Below the pieces are notes generated by a model that worked only from the letters and a program-made list of their open reading frames with translations, had not been told where the DNA came from and searched no databases. A stretch of 63,979 nt of DNA, counting the filler, from Asterionella formosa (lineage: Eukaryota): NCBI GenBank assembly GCA_002256025.1. It is 23 parts of 23 records of this genome, joined end to end, with 100 filler letters (N's around TTAATTAATTAA, not from the genome) between each part and the next. Parts side by side here need not be neighbours in the genome. Positions count along the whole stretch, not along the records: positions 1 to 18,767 come from NKIB01003958.1; 22 more parts are not named here. One strand, written 5' to 3'. The position numbers and the translations under genes were made by a program. This document shows positions 1-11,345 of the stretch, piece after piece (within the stretch, counting starts at the first letter, position 1; each line of letters begins with the position of its first letter).

Positions 1-615
1 CGTTAAGTATTCCTTGAAAGTTCTTGTAGCACGCGTATGCGAGAAACTTCGCTTTCCACATGTGCCATTTAGCATCTTGCCCATCGAATGTCGGCAACCT
101 CACTGACGTGTCTTCGTCACTTCCCATGGTTCCTGAGTAGCCTGTGGCCTTAAAGTGAACGCTTTAAAGCGTGTTGAAAGGTCTCGTACTCCTTCCCGTC
201 TGACGGGTTCCTCTTACGTAAAACTTACCTGCTATACCACTAGTATTGTTATCTTCTTTCTGCTGCTAGCCTTCGTGCTAGTTTTCGCTATTGACCTTAC
301 TCTGTCAATTCTCACTGTTTCTTAATTATAAGATTAAACTAAAACTAAGTTTCAATCCCATTCATCACACTTCGAGAACCTGTTCTTCGTGTTCCCTTTT
401 CGTTGATGTAAACCTTCTTCTGATTGATCTAAGACATCAATCTCGTTAGCAAGCTTCTTGACATGGGAACGCACCATTTGACTCATTGGACTATAATCGA
501 GTCCACAGTCCTTGTGACTCATTATAGCCATTGATGCTATATTCTTGACATACATATACCTACCGTGACTACATTCCATTTTGATTATAGCAATAGTTCA
601 GTTACAACGAATAGC

Positions 616-1395
616 ATGGGAGCTTACCTCCGTACGAAAACTCTCATGTTGGCAATGTTGCAGCAGGAATGGTTGCCATCCACTTGTGTCCCCACCAAAG
701 AAGCCTTGTCGTCGTCACTGGCCAATGCAGGCGTGGGTCGCATTGCCTTTCTTCGACATGGCGCTACATCCAAACAGCCAACTGATGGCGGCGTTGACTT
801 TGATAGACAATTGACCAATATCGGGAGGGAACAAGCGCAAGAGGCTGGATCAGTCTTTGGACCACAATTTCATCCGTTCTTTCCAACGATACTAGTTTCA
901 CCTGCGCCTCGGACCATCGAAACCGCCAAGTTGTTCTTGAACGCTGCCAACCAATCTGAAGTACAACTTCAATCTGATTCTATCCTTTATGATGGTACCA
1001 TGCAACCCAGTGGGTGTCTCCTCTTTCGGAAGATTGGTTATTCTGGATTGCAGGATTACCTGAATTGTGAGAATGATGCAGATCAGAATGTGGCTCGGAT
1101 TGTTCTTGGATCATATGCTCATAATGTTATTAACATTATTATGAATGTACTCCAACAATCTGAAAAGACTTCTACTGCTACTGGTACTTCTAAGGAAACA
1201 ACCTTGTGGATGATTGGACATGCCATTTATCTACCTGCCGTTGCACTGGGAATTGCAACAATTCTGGAATGTGCCGACAAAAATCTTCTTCTTACCACCA
1301 ATACAGTCGAAGCTGAAGGATATGTTATTGATAATATCCACAACAGTAGTGTTCAACTCCTTCAACGACCTCAAGGATCATTATTGCAAAACTAA
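616..1395 (+). CDS. Histidine phosphatase superfamily protein (SixA/phosphoglycerate mutase-like)
   Basis: FLRHG catalytic motif, DFDRQLT..G..QA, LVSP..RT.ETA and a late GH motif. First in-frame ATG at 616 (the ORF track starts at GTG 565). Confidence 0.8.
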   Translation: MGAYLRTKTLMLAMLQQEWLPSTCVPTKEALSSSLANAGVGRIAFLRHGATSKQPTDGGVDFDRQLTNIGREQAQEAGSVFGPQFHPFFPTILVSPAPRTIETAKLFLNAANQSEVQLQSDSILYDGTMQPSGCLLFRKIGYSGLQDYLNCENDADQNVARIVLGSYAHNVINIIMNVLQQSEKTSTATGTSKETTLWMIGHAIYLPAVALGIATILECADKNLLLTTNTVEAEGYVIDNIHNSSVQLLQRPQGSLLQN

Positions 1396-1851
1396 CTACA
1401 GTATGTACAGCCAACAACTCTTTGCAAATGAGTTGATTCAACACAAAAAATGTATTTCCATATATAATTTATATTTGTATTGATATCTTCGTTACAGAAA
1501 TACTGGTACATAGACTATTATGTATACTAAAATGAATATCGGATGATACAACCCTCTTCATCAAAGGACAGGAGATGAAAATGTCAATTGAGTGGTGCAT
1601 CCCACCAGTGGTAGCATTCCCTAGGATTGATTTTGTTCCAAGCACCAACATAAACAACAAAAACACTAGAAATTCTCTTTATCATGTTGTAAAATGGTGG
1701 GTTGAGTGTCATGCTGTATGTATGTACCAGATACAAAAACTCTTCTTGGACTGTTGGAAGCAATCTAAAATAGAACAAGTCCATGTATGTATGTAGCAAC
1801 AAAGATTGTTTTCACATTAGTATAATAATAATAGTGTACTTTTGTGGTTGT

Positions 1852-3320
1852 TTACTCAAGAGCAGTGGCACCTGCTACAATCTCAAGAAGTTCTTGAGTC
1901 ACGGCAGCTTGACGAGCACGGTTGTACTGCAACGACAAGTCCTTGGCTAGTGCTCCAGCATTGTCACTGGCAGCTTGCATGGACGCCATACGAGCAGCAA
2001 GCTCGGATGCGACCGACTCCTGAAGAGTGCGTAAGATCTGCCCATTTAGGTAAAGAGGAAGGATGGAATTAACAATTTGGAGTGGGTCTTGTTCGAAGAT
2101 CATATCGTTGGGGAACTCTTGGGGGGCAGCAGCGTCAAGTGCGGTGCGTTCAACGCCGAACTTTCCGGAATCCGAGGTAAGCTGAAAGACTTCGTCTCCT
2201 TTGTTGGTAATCTCGGAAGCGGAGAAAGGCACTAGGGTGCGAGTGGAAGGAGTAGATGCAATGAGTGATACGAACTTGGTGTAAAGGAGCTCGACTGTGT
2301 CCGTCTCTCCAGCCAGGTAGGTATTGAGAATCTCCTCAGCAATAGCAAGGCCCTGCTTGGCATTAGGGTTCTGTCCACAATCAAACATTTTGCGGATAGG
2401 GTAGTTGCGGCGGGTGAAGTACTTGATTCCCTTCTTTCCGACAAGGATCATGTCAACATCGACGCCGTTCGACTTTAGCTCCTTGTAACGAGCTTCAGCC
2501 TTCTTGATCATAAACGAGTTGTATCCTCCGCAAAGCCCACGATCTCCGGTAATAACCACAAGGGTGACCTTGTTGACTTCACGTTGAGTCAAAAGGGGAA
2601 GGTCCACCGTTTCGGTTCCAAGGCGCGAAATAAGTCCTCCAAAGACAGATTGGAGTGTCTCCGAAAAGGGACGTGTCGCAAGGACAGCGTCCTGTGCACG
2701 ACGGACCTTTGCGGCAGCGACGAGCTTCATGGCCATGGTAATCTTTCTGGTGTTCTTCACCGTCTTGATACGGTCGCGAATGGCTGTTCGAGGGTGAGAA
2801 GGGCGGCAGTGTGAGCGAGCGATTCAACTGACAAGAATGTTCCGGCCAGATTCAGAGAACCGACCACGACGAAGGATGAATTGCTTGCTGTTGCTGCTAT
2901 TTTATGCATGCAGTCTCGGTCCCTCGTAGCGACAGCGAGGGAACCTCTATCAATCGTCCTCATGAGTGAAAACAGCCATGGACAGGGTAGTCTAAAATAG
3001 TTTAGACCTTTGGCATCAAAAGGTCGCGACGGCAGTAACGACTACGTAGGCTTTTCCTCAGTCGAGGTTTCGTACGTTGTACGTCGCCTAGTGATATTTT
3101 TCGTACGTAAGTGACCCAGCGCACGAGAAAGTCCACGCAGTGGGCGATACTCACCGTTGGCCTTGCCATCCATGACAATGGTGGCTCGTCGCGTGCGATG
3201 AGTATCCGGAGCAGCGACAGTGTTCAAAAGCGCCTTCTCTCCCACATTAGAGAATGCTACAGGGGAAGTGGTGAAGGCACTGGCGGTGGCCAAAAGCGTC
3301 GCGAACGATAGAAACTTCAT
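1852..3320 (-). CDS. atpC: Plastid ATP synthase CF1 gamma subunit, bipartite presequence, 2 exons (3320-3155, 2783-1852), 365 aa
   Basis: Splicing at GTGAGT (3154) and CAG (2784) restores MDGKANAIRDRIKTVKNTRKITMAMKLVAAAK. Also GDRGLCG and YNRARQAAVTQELLEIVAGA. Signal peptide ends ASA-F. Confidence 0.97.
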
Positions 3321-4290
3321 CTTGATCAAACAAACAAAAACAAATGGACCGCCTATTGTGTGCGTGCGTTTTGGTGGTGTGTGCGTATCTTGTTTGTGGG
3401 GTTGTCGTAGCCGTGAGCTTGTATGATACCAGCACGGCTCTCTGGTAAACAAATGGGACTGTGATGATCGAACGCTATATTGGATCGGGTGTTCAACTTG
3501 CTCGCATCAAGGTAGTGTCTGGCCTTGCTCCCATGGAACAGATTATGACTTTCTTAACTTGCAACAATGAAGAAATGCCTAGGAGTGTGCATGAATAGAC
3601 GAACTGCTTACATAAATGTACTCATACATGTATATATATGAATACATGGTACCAGGTATTGTACTGTGCCATGGTACCTGTTACTGGTACCTTGTACCAG
3701 GTACCAAACTCCCTAGATACCGGGTAGTGCACCTGTTCCCTTGGTTTTACCGTTACTCCAGTATGATGCTTCGTCCCCCCCCCGTCATCAAGTTGTCTAC
3801 CGATATGAGTACTGTACGCATCATGCAAATCACAGCTATCGTGCGGTAGGCTTCAAACATCACAAGCTACATATGTACCTGGTACTGGTACCTGGTACCA
3901 GGGTCCAGATACCTATCAGGTACCGGTACCAGGTACTGGTACCAGGCACCGCCAGGAGGACCTGATGGTTACCGGTACGTCATGTTCATTGCTTCGACGC
4001 TACTGGTACTGGAACCCCCAGGTACCGGTAGTGTACCTGGTAACAATCACATTCTTGGAGAACATTCGACTATTATCAATCCTCTAAGAAGCAACCTTGT
4101 ACACTACACCTACCCTGGTATTATCTAGGTGTACCAGGGCACCACGTACCAGGTACCCTCATGACAAAAATATCGTACATGTATTTACAGCATTCAATTT
4201 ATTTTTGATCAGGTAAAACTCATCGTCACACAAGCCAACAACCATCACGGCCGATTCATTCACTGTGCTCAGTACATTCAGTATCACATC

Positions 4291-4817
4291 ATGAAGTCCT
4301 TTGTTACGTTTGGCCTTGCTACTATTATAGCATGTTCTAGTCTTACTGTCGGAAACGCATTCGTTATCAACAACAACAAGCGCGTCGTCAGCATTCAGAC
4401 CTTGTCCTCCCTTCAAATGACACTGCTGAGGTATGGAGAAAAGAAAAAGGACTTTCCTGCCGGATCGCCTCTCAAGAATGCTTGCGCTAGTCTTGGAGTC
4501 AAGCCAAAATATTCTTGCAAATTGTAAGTTTTTGTCGGTTGTGTTTGTGTTGTATGCTATGATAATGAATACTATGCTACCGTATTTACATATACCTACT
4601 ATTGTTCATTTGGCTCCCCACTACTATTTCCTGTTTGATTATTTATTGTTGCTCTTACATTCATGCCTCTCTCTCTCACACACATACACACAACAGGGGG
4701 GATTGTGGATCCTGTACATTGTCAGTGGGAGGAAACAGAATGAAACCATGTGTGGGAAAAGTACCACCTGAACCAAAACTTAAATCATTGCTTGAAAATG
4801 GACTTGAAATCAAATAA
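4291..4817 (+). CDS. Small, probably plastid-targeted 2Fe-2S ferredoxin-like protein, 2 exons (4291-4523, 4697-4817), 117 aa
   Basis: GTAAGT donor at 4524 and CAG acceptor at 4696 join SCKLGDCGSC-x11-C. Hydrophobic signal peptide ends GNA-F. Confidence 0.8.
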
Positions 4818-5227
4818 CACTTTGTAAATTTGGTGCTATTCTTTATTGATAAAATGGAGGGTTGATACGATGGAGGGATGATGAAAGCTACTGGAATATA
4901 CTCTTTAATAACTGGTTCATCATAAAACATCTATAAAGTAGGAATCTCATTTGCTGAAAATGGTAAAAATGATTCTATGTAGATAGTACTGTATCATTTC
5001 AATTTGGTGCTCGAATGGTGTGTTTTCCAATCAAGAACTACCATGGTCATTGCCATTTCAAGCTCATAGGCATATTAGTATACCAGTATACAGATATTGT
5101 ACATGAATTCAATGGTATCATGACTTTGTCTAAATTTAGTGGAAACAGCTGGACATACAGTAATTTAAAGTCAATTTCAGTACTCTGCCAATGTTGATCC
5201 TTTTGATCTTAGTGTAGGAACGGCCAT

Positions 5228-6340
5228 TCAGTAAAAGGCCATGGCACTTGCCATTGTAAAATTCTGAACTAATCCTGTCACAGTCATACCACTCATATCT
5301 TCTTCCAACAACACATTCACTACATCTCCTACAATAATTGTGCTTGGTGGTTGAATGTTGTAGTCCTTGGCCAAGGTAGCAATGGTTTCCATAGTCCCCA
5401 CAACAGTCCGTTGATTGGGACATCCAGCTCGTTCCACAATGGCCACAGGTGTTGTTGATGGGTATCCTGCCAATGTGACAAGGCGCTGACACAATTCACC
5501 CAATCGACCCACAGCCATTAAAAACACAATGGTTTGTTCCTTATGGTATTGAATCAAATCAGGAGATGTCCCATCACGACCATATCCTGTACACATGACA
5601 ACTTGATTTGAAACACCACGATGTGTCACAGGGATGGATGCCAACAATGGAGCACTAAAGGCAGCAGAGACGCCCTGTACATTGTAATGAAGAGTTTGTG
5701 TTTTGTGTTTAGCGAGAGAGATTTCCAATTTGTATAAATGCAAAATGCAGTATTGTGGTCACTTTTTATAAAAACGTACAGGGATGACTTTGGGTTCCAC
5801 ACCAAACTTTCTAAACATGAGCACTTCTTCGCCACCACGTCCAAAGACAAAGGGATCACCAATTTTAAGCCGTACAACATGTTTCCCTTGTTGCAAGGCT
5901 TCATGGGCCAACCAATAAATTTCTTCTTGTGCCGATTCCGCACATCCCGGTTGTTTACGTGCCACTACAACAGGTCCTGTAATAATGTCTTGTATTTCGT
6001 CACTGACCAATCGATCGCAAATGACATAAATGTTTGGATCCATCAACAGTTTATAGGCCGCCACGGTCAACAATTCTGGATCGCCGGGCCCAGATCCCAA
6101 CAATGTTACCTTTCCTCCATTGGGGAGCTGTGATTGAGTAGGACCATTCGTGAGACGAGGGAGAGTGGCGCTGTCAGGTATTCCCCATTCATTCGAAGAG
6201 GAGGAGAGTACTGTTGTTGCAAGAAAGGCAAGACGGGGAGTTGAGGAGGGAGCGAAAAAAGCAAGGCTTGTGGCAGTCAAGCAACACCAACTGAGAAATA
6301 GCTGTTGTGTGGTTGTTCTAGTATTGGATCGTTTCATCAT
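5228..6340 (-). CDS. UPM1: Uroporphyrinogen-III C-methyltransferase (siroheme synthesis), plastid-targeted, 2 exons (6340-5780, 5674-5228)
   Basis: GSGPGDPELLT, VVRLKIGDPFVFGRGGEE and spliced VIP|GVSAA. GTACGT..CAG intron of 105 bp. Presequence SLA-FF. Confidence 0.93.
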
Positions 6341-7574
6341 TTTGGGTTTGCTTGTTGATTTGTGAAATGAGTGTGGGAATGAAAATGATTGTTTTTTGTG
6401 ATGTTGCCTGTGGAAAAAGGAGTGAAATTATAGCTACTTGTGGCTCCCTCCCTATGTGCCGTCAATGACTGCAAAATGCTGGAACAGGCGGGAATCAGAA
6501 CGGAAGGAGCAGGTGGTGGCAGTGGTGTAGGAGTAAAAAATAAAACAACACCAGGTGGGAGGCATTAGTGCGTATAGTGCGTATTTGGTATCAGGCTAAC
6601 ATCATCCACCATCAGGCATCTTCTGCGACGGGAGGAAGAAACAGGAAGAACGAAAGAAAGTAATGGCCGCCGCCGGCATTTTTTGAATCTCTTGGTTCCG
6701 GAAAGAACAGCAGGCAGACGAGGCAAAGCAAAGGTTCGCGTAACCGTACCAGTGACAGTCGACTACCGGTACTATTGTTACAGTACCTGGTACTTGTACC
6801 TGCTACCTGGTACTCCGTACCTCGTACGTACACAGTGGTGGTGGGTTTAGCTCTCATGATATGGCTATCTAACCTGGCGGTTCCAGTACCAGTACTTCTA
6901 TTTGGTCCTCCTACTTGCTTGGTGGTACTAATGAAGGGTATGGTACCAGGTCCATGGTACGGTACCTGGTACAGTACCAGTAGCGGTTGTGGCGGATGCT
7001 CGCTAGAATGCCGGCAGGCATTAGATAGGACCACAGTACGTACCGGTTGGGAGAAGCAAATATCGGTACACACGCCAGAGGTCCCTACCGGTACATGTAT
7101 ACAGAAACATGTATGTAAGCAAATGTCGTACAATGAAAACAACCAGAGTTGACATTTTACCGGTGTGGGGCGTTTTTTCGTGCATGTACTACCGGTAGGC
7201 AGACCAAATTAGCAGTTAAATCATCCAGAGCGAATACAAGAACCGTAAATTTATACGGGTATGTATGATGTATCAATCTAAGATTAGTTATTTTCAATGT
7301 CAAATACAACTTCTAGATGCACATGAATTATCGTCGCCGGCATGCGTGCATATAGCCAACGCACAAACATGGTCTACTTGAAGCAAGCAGGGGGCTCCGC
7401 GTTTACTGCAATCAATCAAAGCTACCTAGTACCTAGTACCTGGTACCATGTCCCAGTAGGTCGGCTGTCAAGCAAGAGTACCGGTACTACCACTTGATGG
7501 TTGCCTGACTACAACGGAACTCAACTCTTGTTGTACAGCCAGCCACTGTACTGCTATTGTTGCCGTCATTCACC

Positions 7575-8504
7575 ATGTCCATGGCAGCGGTTCGAGGGCC
7601 TCTTCAGTCCCCCATGGGCCAATGGGCGCTTGTGGCGCTCGGAGCCATCTACGTAATGAATCCTGAGAAGTTCCTTCACTTGCTGCAACGTGGGGTTCAG
7701 TCGCTACTCGAGGCAACGCCACAGCCTTTGTCACAGCAGCAGCTGCCCATTGTCATCCATAGCATGGGCGGTGGGTACAACCAACAGAATAGACCCATGT
7801 TTGGATACTACATGTTGATGCAGCTGACGATTGGGGCTGGACTTTGCTGGGGGTCCTACGCGGTGCTGACCACTGTTTTGCCAGACGCGGCCAAGGCCAT
7901 GTTGCCAGTCACCAAGGGATTTTTCAACACTGCCATTACGTCCTTGGGAAATGGCATCCTGTCGGTGCGAGATTCCTTGATGGAGCAACTCATGGGCTTG
8001 AGCGACAAGCAGGGGGAGTTGAGTGTCAAGCAAGACGAAACGCATGCGGAAGTTTTGGTGGTGAAGGATAGTGTCCATCATGTACGAGTTGACATGAATA
8101 GAGTTCAGCAAGTGCTGGATGAGTGCCAATCGTCCTTGACAGAAGCTGAGCAACGACAAGAGTATATCGGGAAGGGCGTGCGATTGCTGACACGAGGAGT
8201 TCATTCCTTGTTGCCACAAGATGCTGATTTGGCGTATGAATTGGATACGTACAATCGGGCTGGAACAGAGTTGCTGGACAAGCCACGCCGTACTCCCTCT
8301 GTTTCATCAAGTCAACAACAGCATCAACCAGCAGTATCAATGGTATCTCCTTCCCCTCCTCATGTTGCCAAGCACAGTACCCCCATGGTCACTGCAAATA
8401 TGGTGAATCCTGAAAATGAACATCCAATGAAGAAACGTGATTTGGATGACATTCGTGCCCTTTTACAAATGGTGCAATGTGGTTCTGTTCAAGTTATTTC
8501 GTAA
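7575..8504 (+). CDS. Membrane-anchored coiled-coil protein, DUF1664-like
   Basis: Intronless ORF with two hydrophobic segments, then MLPVTK..F..AITSL and a heptad region ending GV.LL. The family call is a recalled resemblance to DUF1664. Confidence 0.6.
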   Translation: MSMAAVRGPLQSPMGQWALVALGAIYVMNPEKFLHLLQRGVQSLLEATPQPLSQQQLPIVIHSMGGGYNQQNRPMFGYYMLMQLTIGAGLCWGSYAVLTTVLPDAAKAMLPVTKGFFNTAITSLGNGILSVRDSLMEQLMGLSDKQGELSVKQDETHAEVLVVKDSVHHVRVDMNRVQQVLDECQSSLTEAEQRQEYIGKGVRLLTRGVHSLLPQDADLAYELDTYNRAGTELLDKPRRTPSVSSSQQQHQPAVSMVSPSPPHVAKHSTPMVTANMVNPENEHPMKKRDLDDIRALLQMVQCGSVQVIS

Positions 8505-8932
8505 AATTGGACCTGTTGTTGTGGATTTTTAAAAGCACAAAGAAAATTCTCCTGTAAAATGTTGTGTGAGAGAGAGTTTGCGAGGATTTAGTTACTAATA
8601 GTAGTAGTAAGATTGGTAGATTAACAACAGTTTGTTTCCAACAGGCATGTCATATCTGATGATGTTGATGATACGGCCATCATTCTGTAGCTGGACAAAT
8701 AACATACAGCTGATGATCAGCCGTCTATCATACCTGTAATGTGGTATAAAGTTACGATGATATTATTAGACTATTAACTACTCCCAGTACATAGAGCTAC
8801 ACACGGTACCTGGTGATAAATAGATAATTTATGTATGTATTCATGCAATACACAATTCATCATGTCCTTGCTTCCATAACATTTTTATTACTGGCCTACA
8901 TTTCCCTCCAGACGTTCCTCCCCATCACCACC

Positions 8933-10452
8933 ATGACGGAATCTTGCTCCTCCTCTTCCACTGCGGTAGTAGCAGTGGTAGCCAAGGCAATCAAGGAGAC
9001 ACCCAAGAATCTAATCATTCCACCCAAAAAGCCCAAATTGACCAAAGCGGAACGACGAGCTCTTCAAGAATCTCAACGCGCTGACAAGGCTTCAACTCTT
9101 ATTGGGGACGCCAAGAAACCAGCATTATCAGTCAAGGATCCATCAACCAATACAACATCGCCTGCAATGGTAGCAGATGCCACTGTAAAAGCATCAACAA
9201 CAGCAACAACAACAACAACAGCAAACAACAGCAACAATAACAACAACAAGAAGACAGATACTACTAAAGCTATCGCTTCCTTGGCTCATTTACCTCCTTA
9301 TCGCGGTACGTATGATTGGTATTCTTTTGATTCTGATTGTGTATTATTATAGATCATACACACATACATACATACTCACCTTTATACCACTGATGCTTAC
9401 TTCTTCACCCTACCAACTATTTATACATAGACCCCACTGGTCCAGAATTTTCTGGGGTTACACTAGGTGGTCCTGAGTATTCCACCCTTCCTCCACCGGT
9501 TCTAACATTGGGTTTGGCCTACGCCCATGGGCATGTCCGTGGTGGAAATCCACGCGCTAGAACCATGTTGGAATGCTTTGCTACTGTCATTCAAGACTAT
9601 TATAATCCACCACCCAATACCAAGGATATGAGGCATCATTTGGATCAAATGGTGTTGAAACCATCATTTACATATTGGACCACTGTTTGTAGGCCCCATA
9701 GTGTCAGTATGGGAAATGCATTCACCTTTTTGAAAACAACTGTCGCTGCCTTACCTAGAGATGGCATGACCCTACAAGATATGAAAGACACATTGGTCGA
9801 AACCATTCATGAGTACATTCGAGAACACATTACCTATGCCGACCAAGCCATTGCAAATTTTGGATCGGAAAAAATTGTGACTGGTGATGTGCTGTTAACA
9901 TATGGCAATCCATCCGTCTTGCCAGTGCTGCTACAAACGGCCTTGGATCAGGGAAAGACATTTCGGCTCATTGTGGTAGATTCTAGACCACTGTTGGAAG
10001 GCAAACATCTTGTCCAACAACTGTTGTTGATGTACCCCGATTTGGACATTACCTACATTTTTCTTCATGCCCTCAGTTATGTCATGCCCCAAGTGACCAA
10101 GGTCATTTTAGGGGCTTCAGCATTGTTGAGTGAAGGATCTGTCTTATCTCGGGTTGGGACAGCTGGGATTGCTCTCTCTGCACATCAAGCGGGCATTCCT
10201 GTTTTGGTATGTGCTGAAACATATAAAATGTCGCATCGAACACAATTAGAAAGCATTACTCAAAATGAATTGGGAAATCCTCAAGATATCATTAAAGGAG
10301 AGGATGGAAAATTGTCATCCTGGAGAGTTATGAATTTATTGTATGATTTGACACCATCCCACATGGTGAGTGTCATTGTTACAGAATTGGGTATGTTGCC
10401 ACCCACATCAGTGGCAGTGTTGCTGAGAGAAATGAATCCTGGAAGTATGTAG
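8933..10452 (+). CDS. EIF2B4: Translation initiation factor eIF2B delta subunit, 2 exons (8933-9305, 9431-10452)
   Basis: KLTKAERRALQE and HLPPY in exon 1. CRPHSVSMGNA, VVDSRPLLEG, VLVCAETYK and VTELGMLPPTSVAVLLRE in exon 2. GTACGT..TAG intron keeps the frame. Confidence 0.93.
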
Positions 10453-11345
10453 CTTTGTTTTAATTGACACTGATATAATAATGCTGTCCATCATGTATTC
10501 TTTATTATTTCGATATTTACTATTAAAGTCATGCTGACAATTAGATAATAGTTTGTTTCTTGACTGTGCCTTCTTGATTTGTCAGACATTTGCAATTGCC
10601 TTGTCAATCATTCATTGAATTGACCTCTAGGTGCAGTTGCTCTCTAGAGTCCACTTAAAGGTTAGGGAAATCTTCTCCTGAAATTTCCTATTTCATTTGT
10701 TACATCCAATACACGATCCTCAACCATGTGTCTCTGAAGTAACCACCTAATAGTTTGTCGTGTCCGGTTAATGTTTTCTAGTCAGGAAACTTGAGAAAGA
10801 AACCACTGGTAAAATTACAACAATAATCTGATTTGGAATCAGGAATCTACTTCTGTTTCAATTAATATATTCGTCAACTAAATCTTCAAGCAGAACTTGA
10901 ATATCATTGTGCCTTTTTTCGTCTTGTTATTATTTTTATTCTCTTTGTCAATCGTTCACATGCATCATTATCCTCAACAAAAGTATTTCTTGACTCGAAC
11001 CATGGAAAGTCTTGATGAAGTAATTACTATTTGTCGAAATGGTGACTTTTCTTGGAAAAAAATTAATTAGCTCAAAACATCATGGCAATCGGAATTGTTG
11101 GGCGATCTGGATTGACACTATGGGTAATACAGTATATGTAGAGCACCATCAGGGTGGGGGGGGGGTTGTGAATGGGATGGATGATTTATATCTTTGCCAT
11201 TGTATGACTTTCATCTTGCTGCAACTTTTAACATTTCTATTATATTTAGAATGCTTAGTGCGAGTTCTTAAATGCACATCAATATATCAACACAAAATCC
11301 AACAACAAATGAATGAATGAATGAAATGCGCGCTGACCATCACAT

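Noticed and set aside
15..354. Possible LTR (TGAAAG or TGTTGAAA start, TTTCA end)
   Set aside because: No matching target duplication, PBS or pol sequence; boundaries are ambiguous.
1852..2783. Absence of the thioredoxin-regulated Cys pair in the ATP synthase gamma subunit
   Set aside because: Known, ordinary property of diatom AtpC.
6612..7152. ORFs rich in VPGT/YQVP/GTWY (also at 3616-3965 and 56878-57167)
   Set aside because: They are translations of the GGTACC lattice, which is poor in stop codons; no protein-like features.
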